NCBI RefSeq assembly: GCF_001194135.2
Contig: NC_069002.1
Coordinates: forward strand, 9,280,414-9,332,244
Origin: Octopus bimaculoides
Lineage: Eukaryota
DNA length: 51,831 bases
Direction of reading: 5' to 3'
The position numbers and the translations under genes are program-made. Positions 1 to 11,600 of this stretch are shown piece after piece; position 1 is the stretch's first letter; every line of letters begins with the position of its first letter. The notes beneath the pieces are model-generated. The model had not been told where the DNA came from. It ran no database searches and saw only the letters and a list, made by a program, of their open reading frames with translations.

Positions 1-124
1 GAAACTCTGCCAAATCAGATTGGAGCCTGGTGTAGCCATCTGGTTTCACCAGTCCTCAGTAAAATCGTCCAACCCATGCTAGCATGGAAAGCGGACGTTA
101 AACGACGATGATGATGATGATGAT
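1..124 (+). mobile_element. 3' tail of RTE-type retroelement (family A), ends in (GAT)n
   Basis: 4 mismatches in about 120 nt versus 28473-28593. The same tail recurs at about 2690-2880(-), 6460-6565, 9590-9760, 27330-27415, 29965-30070, 33290-33450, 41315-41505, 45700-45890. Confidence 0.75.
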
Positions 125-262
125 ATATAGGTTATGAGTGGTAGTGGTGTCAATTAGACCCAGAGGTTTCAGGTAATGCTGAGTAAGTGCTATGGGTAGA
201 CCATAGTTAGGCTCCAGGTTCGGTGATTATGCAAATAAGGGGTCCAACGTAGGTCATATAGT

Positions 263-541
263 AGGATTTACTTTTCATAATGAGATAAAAAAACCAAGGC
301 TGTGTATATTTTAGACCATTTATAAATAGGTCTTACAGCTATAAATAGGTCTTACAGCTATAAATAGGTCTTACAGCTATAAATAGGTCTTACAGCTATA
401 AATAGGTCTTACAGCTATAAATAAGTCTTACAGCTATAAATAAGTCTTACAGCTATAAATAGGTCTTAGCTGTAAGACCTATTTATAAATGTTCTAAAAT
501 ATACACAGCCTTGGTTTTTTATCTCATTACGAAAAGTAAAT

Positions 542-544
<3 letters not shown>
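263..544. repeat. Foldback: ~78-bp inverted arms around a 19-bp tandem repeat (ATAAATAGGTCTTACAGCT x ~7.7)
   Basis: 263-340 is the near-perfect reverse complement of 468-544; period 19 read directly. Confidence 0.9.
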
Positions 545-586
<42 letters not shown>

Positions 587-2094
587 CAGGGTTGGCCAAA
601 AGTCACCTGACAGTAAATCAAAACCATTTAATTCTAAGATTTATTTATGTTTAACCATTGAATGAATTTAATAAAAGCTTCTAAACATGAAACATCATGA
701 AAATTGTTTGAACTGAAAACCTTGAGTGACACCATTTTCCCAAATGAATAAATACAATTGAATATTAAGTATTTATGGAATTTTGATTTACTGTCGGGCG
801 ACTTTTGGCCAAACCTGTAGACGGACGGACGGACGGGTATGTGTGAGTGTTTCGTGTGCATTACTGTCTCCTTGCCTCTGACATTGCACTCTGTAAAAAA
901 CATTTCTGGTCTTGGGGAAATATTACCTTACTTGGGAACAAGTGAGGGTTGCCTTCCTGGGCAACAGGTGGGGAAAGGCATCCGGCCATAGAAAATCTGT
1001 TTCGGCAAATTCTGTCTGACCCATGCAGACATGAAAAAGTGGATGTTAAAACAATTATGATGATGACACAGTAATCCATTTGTCTTCCATTTATTTATTG
1101 TGTCTTAAATCTAATAAGTCAATAAAGTAAGAATGAGAATCCCTTGGGAAATTCTCTCCTCCCTACGCTGATATCTGGCCACTTCATTTGACCCTTGAAA
1201 CTATACACCACATCCTATCAACATGCAGACTACAAGCTGATGAGTGAGCCTCTATATGGTTGCCCTACCTGCTAGAAATTGCAGCCAAATTCCCTCAAAC
1301 ATTTCATTTATGCATTTGTGGAAGATTTGGTTGCTATTTCTAGTCGTTACCATCCCGTCTTTATAAGGCTGTATGAATATATGGACAACACTATTTAGTA
1401 TCCTATATTAGATAATATTGCATAGGACAACATTATCTAATTTAAGACAGTATAGTGTGATCTGAGTAAGATTTGGCTGCTATTTCCAGTTGTAACCATC
1501 CTGTATTTATTAGGATATATATGTTTATTTATTAGGATGATGATAGTACAACGTAAGTTAATGTGTCCTTATAAAAAGACAATAGAGTATGATTTGAGGG
1601 AGATTTGGCTGCTATTTCTAGTCATAGGCTAATTACACGGAGTCTTCCTTATTGCTTCGAGTGTTTAGGAGTTTGTTTTTGCTGGAAAACACATAGATGG
1701 TGTTTGTGCCCAGAAAGAGTTAAAATGGTTTTGTGATGATATTTCCAGAGCTTTACAATATTGTTGTATATTTTTTGACAGCTATTAGCAGAGACATACT
1801 TTGATTACAAGTAGCCACTAAACTTTATATTGACAGATAGTAGCATAGAGAAGACATTCAGTCAATCCATGTGTGAATTATATGGCCTGGCATAATGGAT
1901 TATTTGAAATGACAAAGACTTTATTACCTTGGAGACCAACACTATAGTGACAGTCGTTAGTGGTAGCTGTCAAACAATTGAGGTATTTTAGTAACCGATT
2001 AGAAGGAACATTAACAATATGTCTGGCTTTATTGACTATGAAATAATGTTATTTTTTGTAAAATATTTTATGTTATGGAACAGTTAAGTGTCTG

Positions 2095-2500
2095 GGCATG
2101 GCTGTGTGGTAAGAAGTTTGCTTTCCTCTTTCATGGTTCTGGGTTCAGTTCCACTCTGTGGTGTCTTCTATAGCCTCAGGCTGACCAAAGCCTTGTGAGT
2201 GGATTTGGTTGACAGAAACTGAAAGAAGCCCAGCAGAAACGTTAGCACGGTGGGCAAAATGCTTAGCCGTATTTCGTCTGCTGTTACGTTCTGAGTTCAA
2301 ATTCCGCCAAGGTCAACTTTGCCTTTCATCCTTTCGGGGTTGATAAATTAAGTACCAGTTACACACTGGGGTTGATGTAATCGACTTAATCCCTTTGTCT
2401 GTCCTTGTTTGTCCCCTCTATGTTTAGCCCCTTGTGGGCAATAAAGAAATAAGAAGCTGAAAGAAGCCCATCGTGTGTGTGTGTGTGTGTGTGTGTGTTG
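2095..2500 (+). mobile_element. Family B SINE interrupted by a family C (CORE-like) SINE at 2232-2456
   Basis: 13-bp TSD CTGAAAGAAGCCC at 2219-2231 and 2457-2469. Confidence 0.8.
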
Positions 2501-4602
2501 ACAACTGGTGTTGGTTCATTTACATTCCTGTAACTTAGTAGTTCTGCTGAAGAGACTGACAGAATAAGAATGAGGCTTTTAAAGAAAAAACAAGACATGT
2601 TTTTCATAGAAGGCTGGAAATGTGCAACGTTGCTTGTATGAAGGTGATGCTCATTGAAAACTATGTCTAGAAAAGGGTACAGATACACACACCATCATCA
2701 TCATCATCATCATCATTTAACGTCTGCTTTCCATACTGGTATGGGTTAGATAGTTTGACTGGCAAGATGGAGAGCTGCACCAAATTCCAGTCTGGTTTGG
2801 TATGGTTTCTATGTCTGGATGCCCCTCCTAATACCAACCGCTCCAAGAGTGTAATGGGTGCTTTTGTGTGTCAACCCTCATGGGTGCTTTTGTGTACCAC
2901 TGGCATGGATGCTAATTACGTGACACTGGCACCGATGCTAATTACGTGACACTGGCACCAACCACATTATGAAGAACATCCAACCATAAAAACTATGCCA
3001 AAGCACACATGGGAGCTTAACATGGTCTTCTGACTTGCCAGTTCCTGACAAAGCATAAAACCGATGTCAGCATGAAAAATGGATGTTAAATGATGATCAT
3101 GATATATACATACATACAACGATTTTCTTTTAGTTTCCATTTATCAGTTCCTCTCATGGGGATTTGGTCAGCCTAGGGCTATAGAAGACACTTGCCCAAA
3201 GTGCCGCACAGCAGAACTGAACTCAAGACCACATAGTTTTCAGAAGCAAGCTTCTTAACAACACAGCCNNNNNNNNNNNNNNNNNNNNNNNNNNNNNNNN
3301 NNNNNNNNNNNNNNNNNNNNNNNNNNNNNNNNNNNNNNNNNNNNNNNNNNNNNNNNNNNNNNNNNNNNNNNNNNNNNNNNNNNNNNNNNNNNNNNNNNNN
3401 NNNNNNNNNNNNNNNNNNNNNNNNNNNNNNNNNNNNNNNNNNNNNNNNNNNNNNNNNNNNNNNNNNNNNNNNNNNNNNNNNNNNNNNNNNNNNNNNNNNN
3501 NNNNNNNNNNNNNNNNNNNNNNNNNNNNNNNNNNNNNNNNNNNNNNNNNNNNNNNNNNNNNNNNNNNNNNNNNNNNNNNNNNNNNNNNNNNNNNNNNNNN
3601 NNNNNNNNNNNNNNNNNNNNNNNNNNNNNNNNNNNNNNNNNNNNNNNNNNNNNNNNNNNNNNNNNNNNNNNNNNNNNNNNNNNNNNNNNNNNNNNNNNNN
3701 NNNNNNNNNNNNNNNNNNNNNNNNNNNNNNNNNNNNNNNNNNNNNNNNNNNNNNNNNNNNNNNNNNNNNNNNNNNNNNNNNNNNNNNNNNNNNNNNNNNN
3801 NNNNNNNNNNCACACACACTGTCACACACACACACACTGTCACACACACACACACGTTCTCACACTCTCACTCACACCCTCACATACTCACTCTCCCACA
3901 CTCACACTCTCACACACTCACACACACACACACACACACACACATGCACTCACTCACACACAAAAAAAAAATCAGGGTAGTCAGGGTGACCGAATTAACA
4001 GGACAGCAGACAATATCCATAAAGTATTTAGTTTTAATACCTGTGGGTAAAACTTTATTTTTCAATCATATGATGGGGGAAATTGATAAAATAAACTCCA
4101 CCAGCTGTTACCGTTGAGAAAATTCAGCGAGCTGTTCTGAGTTAGCTAAACAAATGAAGCTTTTGGTCAGAATGTCTAAATATGATTAAACTGTCTAAAC
4201 AGGACTTGAAATTTGGCACTGAAAACATGTTGATGTATCAAATAGAATGAATAGCTTTCTAAAAATTCTTCCATTTGCTCTCATAGTTCATAATATTACG
4301 GTTTGATGTTATCAGCTATATTGCTTCTGTTTTTTTTTATATATATAATCGACTTTCTGTAAAAATGCAAACAAAAACTATTGATTTTTAAAAAAAAAAA
4401 ATTTATTTTTTTAAAAACATATTTATTTTTTTTTTATTTTATTTTATTTTATTTTATTTTATATATATATATTTTTTTTATTGTTTTCTCTTTTTTCTGC
4501 TTCTTTCCCTTCAAGTAATTTGCTCTGCTACATTTCTTATAAATCATCATGCTGCTATTCCTATAAGTGACTGGGTTTCAAATGAAAACTGAAAGAAGCC
4601 CA

Positions 4603-4652
<50 letters not shown>

Positions 4653-5092
4653 TTGATATAGTTGCCCCCGTCAATTTCGATGTATGAGTGTTTGAAGGCT
4701 GAGGATTTAAAGAAAAAAAGAAAACAATTTTATAAAACAACAGAACAAAAGAAGCTGCATCTCTTTTGCGATGTATTCATGAATATAATTTGAGTCTGGG
4801 AATGGATTTTTCCATGAAGTCTCAATGGAAATACTGACGATTTTGATTTTGCCTATGACTGGACAAATGTGTCTATTGTTTGCAGGATATAATTCTTTTA
4901 TTGTTCTGTTTCTTCAATGGAAATTGTTTTGATGCGTCGCGACACATTTTATGCCATCGGTCTGGGCAATGACTTTCCCAAGATGTCAAGTTAAGCTGTA
5001 GAAATTTTAGTGACTGCTTCACCTTATCCTTATACCAAAGGATAGGTCTTCCTTTACCACGGAAACTCTCTACTTGTTAGCCTTACAAAAGA

Positions 5093-5440
5093 GACGGTCA
5101 TAGGATCGCGGTTTTGATTCCCAGACCAGGCGTTGTGAGTGTTTATTGAGCAAAAATACCTAAAGCTCCACGAGGCTCCGGCAGGAGATGGTGGCGAACC
5201 CTGCTGTACTCTTCCACCACAACTTTCTCTCACTCTTTCTTCCTGTTTCTGTTGTGCCTGTAATTCAAAGGGTCAGCCTTGTCACACTCTGTGTCACGCT
5301 GAATATCCTCGAGAACTACGTTAAGGGTACACGTGTCTGCGGAGTGCTCAGCCCTTTGCACGTTAATTTCACGAGCAGGCTGTTCCGTTGATCGGATCAA
5401 CTGGAACCCTCGACGTCGTAAGCGACGGAGTGCCAACAAC
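5093..5440 (+). mobile_element. tRNA-derived SINE family D (head slightly truncated), ends GTGCCAACAAC
   Basis: Highly similar to the inverted full copy at 48645-49021. Confidence 0.8.
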
Positions 5441-6066
5441 AGATTCAAAATAAATAATAAAAAAATATATTTTTGCATGGAAATTGAAAAAAAAAGTTAA
5501 GAGGTTAATTGTGTAAATAATTAAATAAATTAATCTAATTAATTCAGATTTCTCTGTCAAATGTAATGCCTATTCATTCACATTGTTTTGTTTTAATCCA
5601 TGCATTATTTTGCAGCTTTGAGATTTCAATGGTGTATTTTTAGAATGACATTGTAGGTGTGAGAGATTGAATCCAGTCAGCTTAACCATAAAAACAAGTA
5701 GAATATTTTGGCCGGATTACATGCTAAAGGGTTATTATGGCAATTTCTGAACTGGTTATTCATAATTTGGTAAAAGATTTGTTTAAAACAAAGTAAACTA
5801 AACTAAAAAATATAATACCAAGTAACTTGCACGACAAGACCCCCTCGACTGAGGGGGGGGTTGTTTTATGACAAGTATTGAGAGGTTAACTCTTCAGCAT
5901 TTAAATCAGCCTTATCCAGCCCCAAATATTCTACCTGTTTTGTTTTCAAACTAGCCACATCTGACCTCTCATGCATACCCTACAATGTCATTCTGAAAAT
6001 ATACAATCACTTCATCAAAATCTCAAAGCTACAAGATAATGCATGAAAAGTAAACAATTAGATATA

Positions 6067-6459
6067 GGCGCAGGAGTGGCTGTGTAGTAAATAGCTTGCT
6101 TACTAACCACATGGTTCCGGGTTCGGTCCCACTGCATGGCATCTTGGGCAAGTGTCTTCTACTGTAGCCTCAGGCCGACCAAAGCCTTGTGAGTGAATTT
6201 GGTAGACGGAAACTGAAAGAAGCCCGTCGTATATATGTATATATATGTATATGTGTGTTTGTGTGTCTATGTTTGTCCCCCTAGCATTGCTTGACAACCG
6301 ATGCTGGTGTGTTTATGTCCCTGTCACTTAGCGGTTCGGCAAAAAGAGACCGATAGAATAAGTACTAGGCTTACAGAGAATGTCTTGGGGTCGATTTGCT
6401 CGACTAAAGGCGGTGCTCCAGCATGGCCGCAGTCAAATGACTGAAACAAGTAAAAGAGT
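6067..6459 (+). mobile_element. Full-length tRNA-derived SINE family B with internal (TA/TG)n
   Basis: A-box-like TGGCTGTGTAGTAA and B-box-like GGTTCGGTCCC. Many partial copies (3115-3268, 15059-15170, 17730-17905, 29180-29420, 35460-35625, 39975-40190, 44835-44990). Confidence 0.8.
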
Positions 6460-6656
6460 AATTGGAGCCAGGTGCAGCCCTCTGGCTTGCCAGCTCATGT
6501 CAAACCATCCAACCCATGCCAGCATGGAAAATAGACATTAAATGATGATGATGATGATGATGATAGCAAAGTTCCTCTGTTGTAATCGTCTGAAGTTCAA
6601 AGAACATAATCAAGACAGTATAAATAGTTAACTGTAATTAATCAGATAAAAATTCT

Positions 6657-6659
<3 letters not shown>

Positions 6660-6735
<76 letters not shown>
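6660..6735. repeat. (ATT)n microsatellite, ~25 units
   Basis: Read directly. Other microsatellites: (TA)n 545-580, (CA)n 3811-3960, (CCAT)n ~12299-12330, (GAT)n-rich 36025-36235. Confidence 0.95.
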
Positions 6736-6736
<1 letters not shown>

Positions 6737-7513
6737 GTTCAGTAGTTTTATTTTTATAACGTGCTTTCACTTCACTACCGAGCGCAGCTCTGTGCGCCTT
6801 GGGTATGTGCTGTGGTTTGCTGTGGTGCTCTTATGTTTACTGTATTGAAAGTGTTTTGCGTAGAATGTGTGCAGTACCCAGTAGTGCAATTTTCTGTATG
6901 TATTATTATTATTATTATTATTATTATCTATTCAGTGGAAAATACAGATTGATGGTTTCACTATTTCTTCTAACCACTTGACATCCTTATTAGTTTATAT
7001 TATATTGTGTATGGTTGAAGATCAAAACAAGTTGTTATTGTACTTGGGGGTCATAAACTGTGTGGACTCAAGTGCCGACCTTGCTGACAAGCTCTTCTAT
7101 TTGCTAGAAACAGCAGTCAAATCTTCCACAACTCACATCGCTATTTTAAACAATTCTTTATAATTTTGGCACAAGGCCAGCAGTTTTGAGGGGAGGGGGT
7201 AAGTTGATTACATCACCCACCCCCCTCCAGTACTTGACTGGTACTTTATTGCATCACCCCCAGTACTTNNNNNNNNNNNNNNNNNNNNNNNNNNNNNNNN
7301 NNNNNNNNNNNNNNNNNNNNNNNNNNNNNNNNNNNNNNNNNNNNNNNNNNNNNNNNNNNNNNNNNNNNNNNNNNNNNNNNNNNNNNNNNNNNNNNNNNNN
7401 NNNNNNNNNNNNNNNNNNNNNNNNNNNNNNNNNNNNNNNNNNNNNNNNNNNNNNNNNNNNNNNNNNNNNNNNNNNNNNNNNNNNNNNNNNNNNNNNNNNN
7501 NNNNNNNNNNNNN

Positions 7514-8643
7514 GCTCGCTTGAAGATTACGACGATGAGGAATACTCCTTACTCACTAGCACTTTTGACAAGCCAGAGGAGAAAAATCGGAGGTCGTCCA
7601 CTCTTGGGTCGAGTTCGATTTTGTCACCATCTAAAGTCACTTCGCCATCGACGTCGTCATTTTCATCATCCTCATCATTATCATCGACACCACCACCACC
7701 TCCTCCACCTCTCCCTAAAGCTGTGATTTCACCTTCAAGAACATTCACTGGAGATACACGGGATGATAAAAAGACACTTTTGGCTAACATCCGTGGAAAA
7801 TTGCACAAGAAATGGGAAGAGCTTTCTGGCGAATCTGGCTCTAGCCCTGAAAATGAGAATGAAAAGTGTCCAAGCCCTCTTCGGAAGCAAAATTCTGACG
7901 AGAGCTGCGAGTCACAAAGTCCAAAAATCAATTCCAAATCTGCAGTCGTTGACTCTATCAATATGTCACAGGAAATTGAGCAAGGTGAGGAACTCACCGA
8001 AGACATTGTGCCAGACAGTTGGGATACAGATGATGATTCTGGTCTCTCAGAAAACTTGTTGGTATGCAAAACCTCTGACGGGACCAGCACAATCCAGCTG
8101 TCTCCACCGGCACGTTCGTCACGAATGTCTATTCGCGAAAGATTCCGTGGGAGTAAAATGATCAAAAACATAGTGGACCCGGTTCCCATAAAAATGTCAA
8201 ACCTCCAATCAAAATCAAACCCTGAGGAATTTGTCGATAACGATGGCAGAATTTATTATGATGTTGAGGATGAGGAAAAAAACCAGAATCCGATGGTAAA
8301 AGATAACGATACAGTGACGGAAGACTCTGCTGTGAAGAATACTGCCAAAAGTGTTTGTAGAGATAGAACTATACCAACCCAGAAACTTCTAATCATATCT
8401 GTATCCCTATTTATCTATCTAATTACTCCCATGCCACCTTACCTTGCCGGTGTTATCACTGGCGCTGCAGTTACCTCAATAATATGGGTTGCCTATTTTT
8501 GCTTCAAGAATGCTTACAACTCTGCAAAACGAGAGGATCTTTCTACTAAGCACAATAATGCTTCCCTCTCTATTAGTCAGTTACCACCCCTCCTGGTACC
8601 AGAAATGAAAGAACCCAAGTTGGAAGATACCATTATTTACAAA
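7514..8643 (+). CDS. TEX2: TEX2 large Ser/acidic-rich exon with hydrophobic hairpin (starts inside N-gap 7269-7513)
   Basis: Open frame SLEDYDDEE...EDTIIYK, ending AAA|gtaagt at 8644. Hydrophobic stretch LLIISVSLFIYLITPMPPYLAGVITGAAVTSIIWVAYFCF. Confidence 0.9.
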
Positions 8644-11600
8644 GTAAGTTGTGTCTTTTGTTTTTGTTTTCTTATTTTTTGTTTTATGAAATGTGTTCTT
8701 TTTCTTCTCACCAAATAATTTGGGTAAAGGAATTATACATGAAAAAGGTCATAATATCGGGTTGTCTGGAAAGTTCGTGCCGATTTATAGTAGCTTACCT
8801 TTCGACTTATTTGCCATGAAACCACCTCAATTCTGGGAAGAGGGTATTTTCAAGTTAAAGGAAAGATGGAGACGCATTGTGCAACAAAATGGTTCATATC
8901 TGGTTGATTAAAAATGTAATGGCAAGTATTTATTGACCTTTTTCTTTCCTTTAAAAATTGGCACAAACTTTCCGGACAACCCAATATTTACAGTCCACTG
9001 AGGAGTCAGTTTATGTGATTGGAATCAATGTTTCCCGTGAGCATCTGTCCTCAACCTTTCTTATGGCACAGATTTCTTCCATGCAAGACAATTTTTCCAT
9101 AGACCAAGGGATCGCACACATAAAAACACACAATAAAGTGCATGATATGGAATTTAATTATTATATCTATATCACACACGCACACACATCAAAACAGTTT
9201 GAGTCAAATTCATTTGTAGTCTTGAGTTTCGAGCACAATGCCAGTCGTCAGCCATTTAACCCTTTAGCATTCAGATTATTCTAGCAAATTTAATACTTCT
9301 TCATCCATATTGTTTTAAGCTAATCATGCATTATTTCGTAGCTTCAAGGTTTCAATGATGTTATCACCTATTTTTAGAATGACATTATAGGTTGGTGTGA
9401 GATGCCAAATCTGGGCAGTTTTAACATAAAACAGGTAGATCATTTGGGCTGGATATGGCCGGTTTAAACACTAAAGGGTTAAAATGGCTGATGACTAGTG
9501 TTGTGCTTGAAACTGAAGCGTACCAACGAAATTAAATCAAACTGTATATATATATATATATATTGGTGTTGTGTGAAGAAGCACCCGGTACACTCAGTTA
9601 AGTTGTTGGCTTTAGGAAAGGCATACAGCTGTAAAAAAAACTCATGTCAAAGTAGACATACAACCTGGTAGAACTCTCTGACCCATGTGCTTTTGTCAAA
9701 CTGTCCACCCCTGCCAGCATGGAAAAATGGATGTTAAATGGTGATACTGATGATGACATACTATTAATGTAACTGGTGCCATGACCTGAAACAATAACTA
9801 TATAACTATAAGTTGTGTGTGCCCTGACTAGGGACCTAGTACCTTGCTGGTTATGGGATAGAAACCATTCTTTTTTTCAGCCTGCTGCAAGCAGGCATTC
9901 TACCTAACAGCTGTTTTTTAATTGTTTGAATGAGATTTTTATTTCTTGCTCCCATCATATGGGACTCCATTGGTTATGACAATGAGCGTTCCAGTTGATC
10001 TGAACAATGGAATAGCTGGCTCATGAAGTGTGTGTGTGTGTAAATGTGTAAGTGGCTGAGTACGCCACAAGCATGTGTACTCTTAATGTTTGTAGCTCTC
10101 AGGGAGATTCAGTGTGAAACAAAGTGCGACATGCCTGGCCCTTTGAATTACAGGTGTGACATGCCTGGCCCTTTGACTTACAGGTACACCTCATTTTTGC
10201 CAGCTGAGTGAACTGGAGCAATGTGAAATAAAAGTGTCTTGCTCAAGGCCATAAACAAACAACCTTGCCCTGACTTGTGCCTTGGAGGGAAACTTTCTCG
10301 GTACACTCTCACGGTCATTGATGACCAAAAGAGGTCTTCACCCCTTATCCCTTTTAAATAAGCATTACATTTGAAAGAATAATCTAGATGCCAAAGGATT
10401 AAATTGATTGATATTTCTTGTTGCCATTCTATGATTTTATTCTGATGTAATTTTGTTTATGTTTTCAAGGGATGGATGAATGAACTGTACTACTATGATC
10501 CGGACAACTATCACATAAATAAAACCAATTCTGTGTATGTTCGCCTTGAAGGAGTTACCTTGCGCCTTTCCACTCCCAAAACTAATGTACCAAAGCGTGC
10601 TATGTTTGATGAAAATCTTTCTAATCCAACCTTCATCAACCAGCGCCATTATGATTTGAACAGCTGTCGTGTGTTTCTTCTTCCTGCAGGACTTGTTAAG
10701 AAACGCCTCTGGAGTAAAAAATACCCAATATGTATTGATTTGACTAGAAACAGTGCTTGCAAATCTGCCCCTTCCTTGCAAAAGAAGCCATTAAAAGACA
10801 ATGCTTCCTCCCCCAGCACTGACATGGGCTTCGAAGTCATTTCTACAGAATTGCTCAATCCTACAATTCTTTATTTATTTGCTCGTACTGGGAGAGAGAA
10901 AGAAGAATGGTACAACAGGTTTCATGCCGCATCTCTGGGCTTGCCTTTGGGGAACCACATCCAAGACATTCATAATGCTTTAAAAGTACCTCCCCATCAT
11001 AAACGCAGTGACTCTGACACTAATATCGGTATAGCTGATGGCTTTCAGAGGCACAGGCGCCACAATTCTATGGATTCAATGAATTCTTCTGCTGCAACTA
11101 CTCCAGTTGATTCAACTGCCAGTTTATCTCCAATGTCTGAGAACTTTCAACACACAAACATGAAGAAGTTCTCCCACTACATGGCCAAGTTAATGCCAGC
11201 TAGTCTTGATGGAGTTAAATCTAACTCAGGCCCACTCCATTCGCAGAGGGAATCTTCTTCAGTGTCAGCTTCGAGCACACCAAGCAGTCCAACCTCTCGA
11301 GAAGTCCCTTCTCCTGATCTTCCTTATACCATATTAGACTTTAGTGAACCACAACTTCTTTGGATAAATGCTTTAATCGGACGTTGTTTATGGGATTTCT
11401 TACAAGATAAATCCTGGACTGACAAAGTTATGGAAAAGTTACAGAAAAAACTCAGCAAAATTCATGTGAGTATGATAGTTTTTTTTTTTTTTTATTGTTA
11501 AGACTTCATTATATTCTTTGATCAGTTCAATCCAACAAAGCAAAAGGGTCCGTGGATCATCCCTCAGAACAACCTCAAATAGTGTACATCAGTGCTAGCT

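Noticed and set aside
322-467. 19-bp direct repeat array resembling CRISPR or iterons
   Set aside because: The units are contiguous with no unique spacers, there are no cas or rep genes, and the context is eukaryotic.
1781-1982. Possible non-coding 5' exon of TEX2 (ttttttgacag|...TGAG|gtattt)
   Set aside because: The splice-like ends are plausible, but there is no ORF or homology and such motifs are common in AT-rich DNA; needs RNA evidence.
7527-8189. 220-aa minus-strand ORF and shifted + ORFs overlapping the large TEX2 exon
   Set aside because: Antisense or alternative-frame shadows of a real low-complexity exon.
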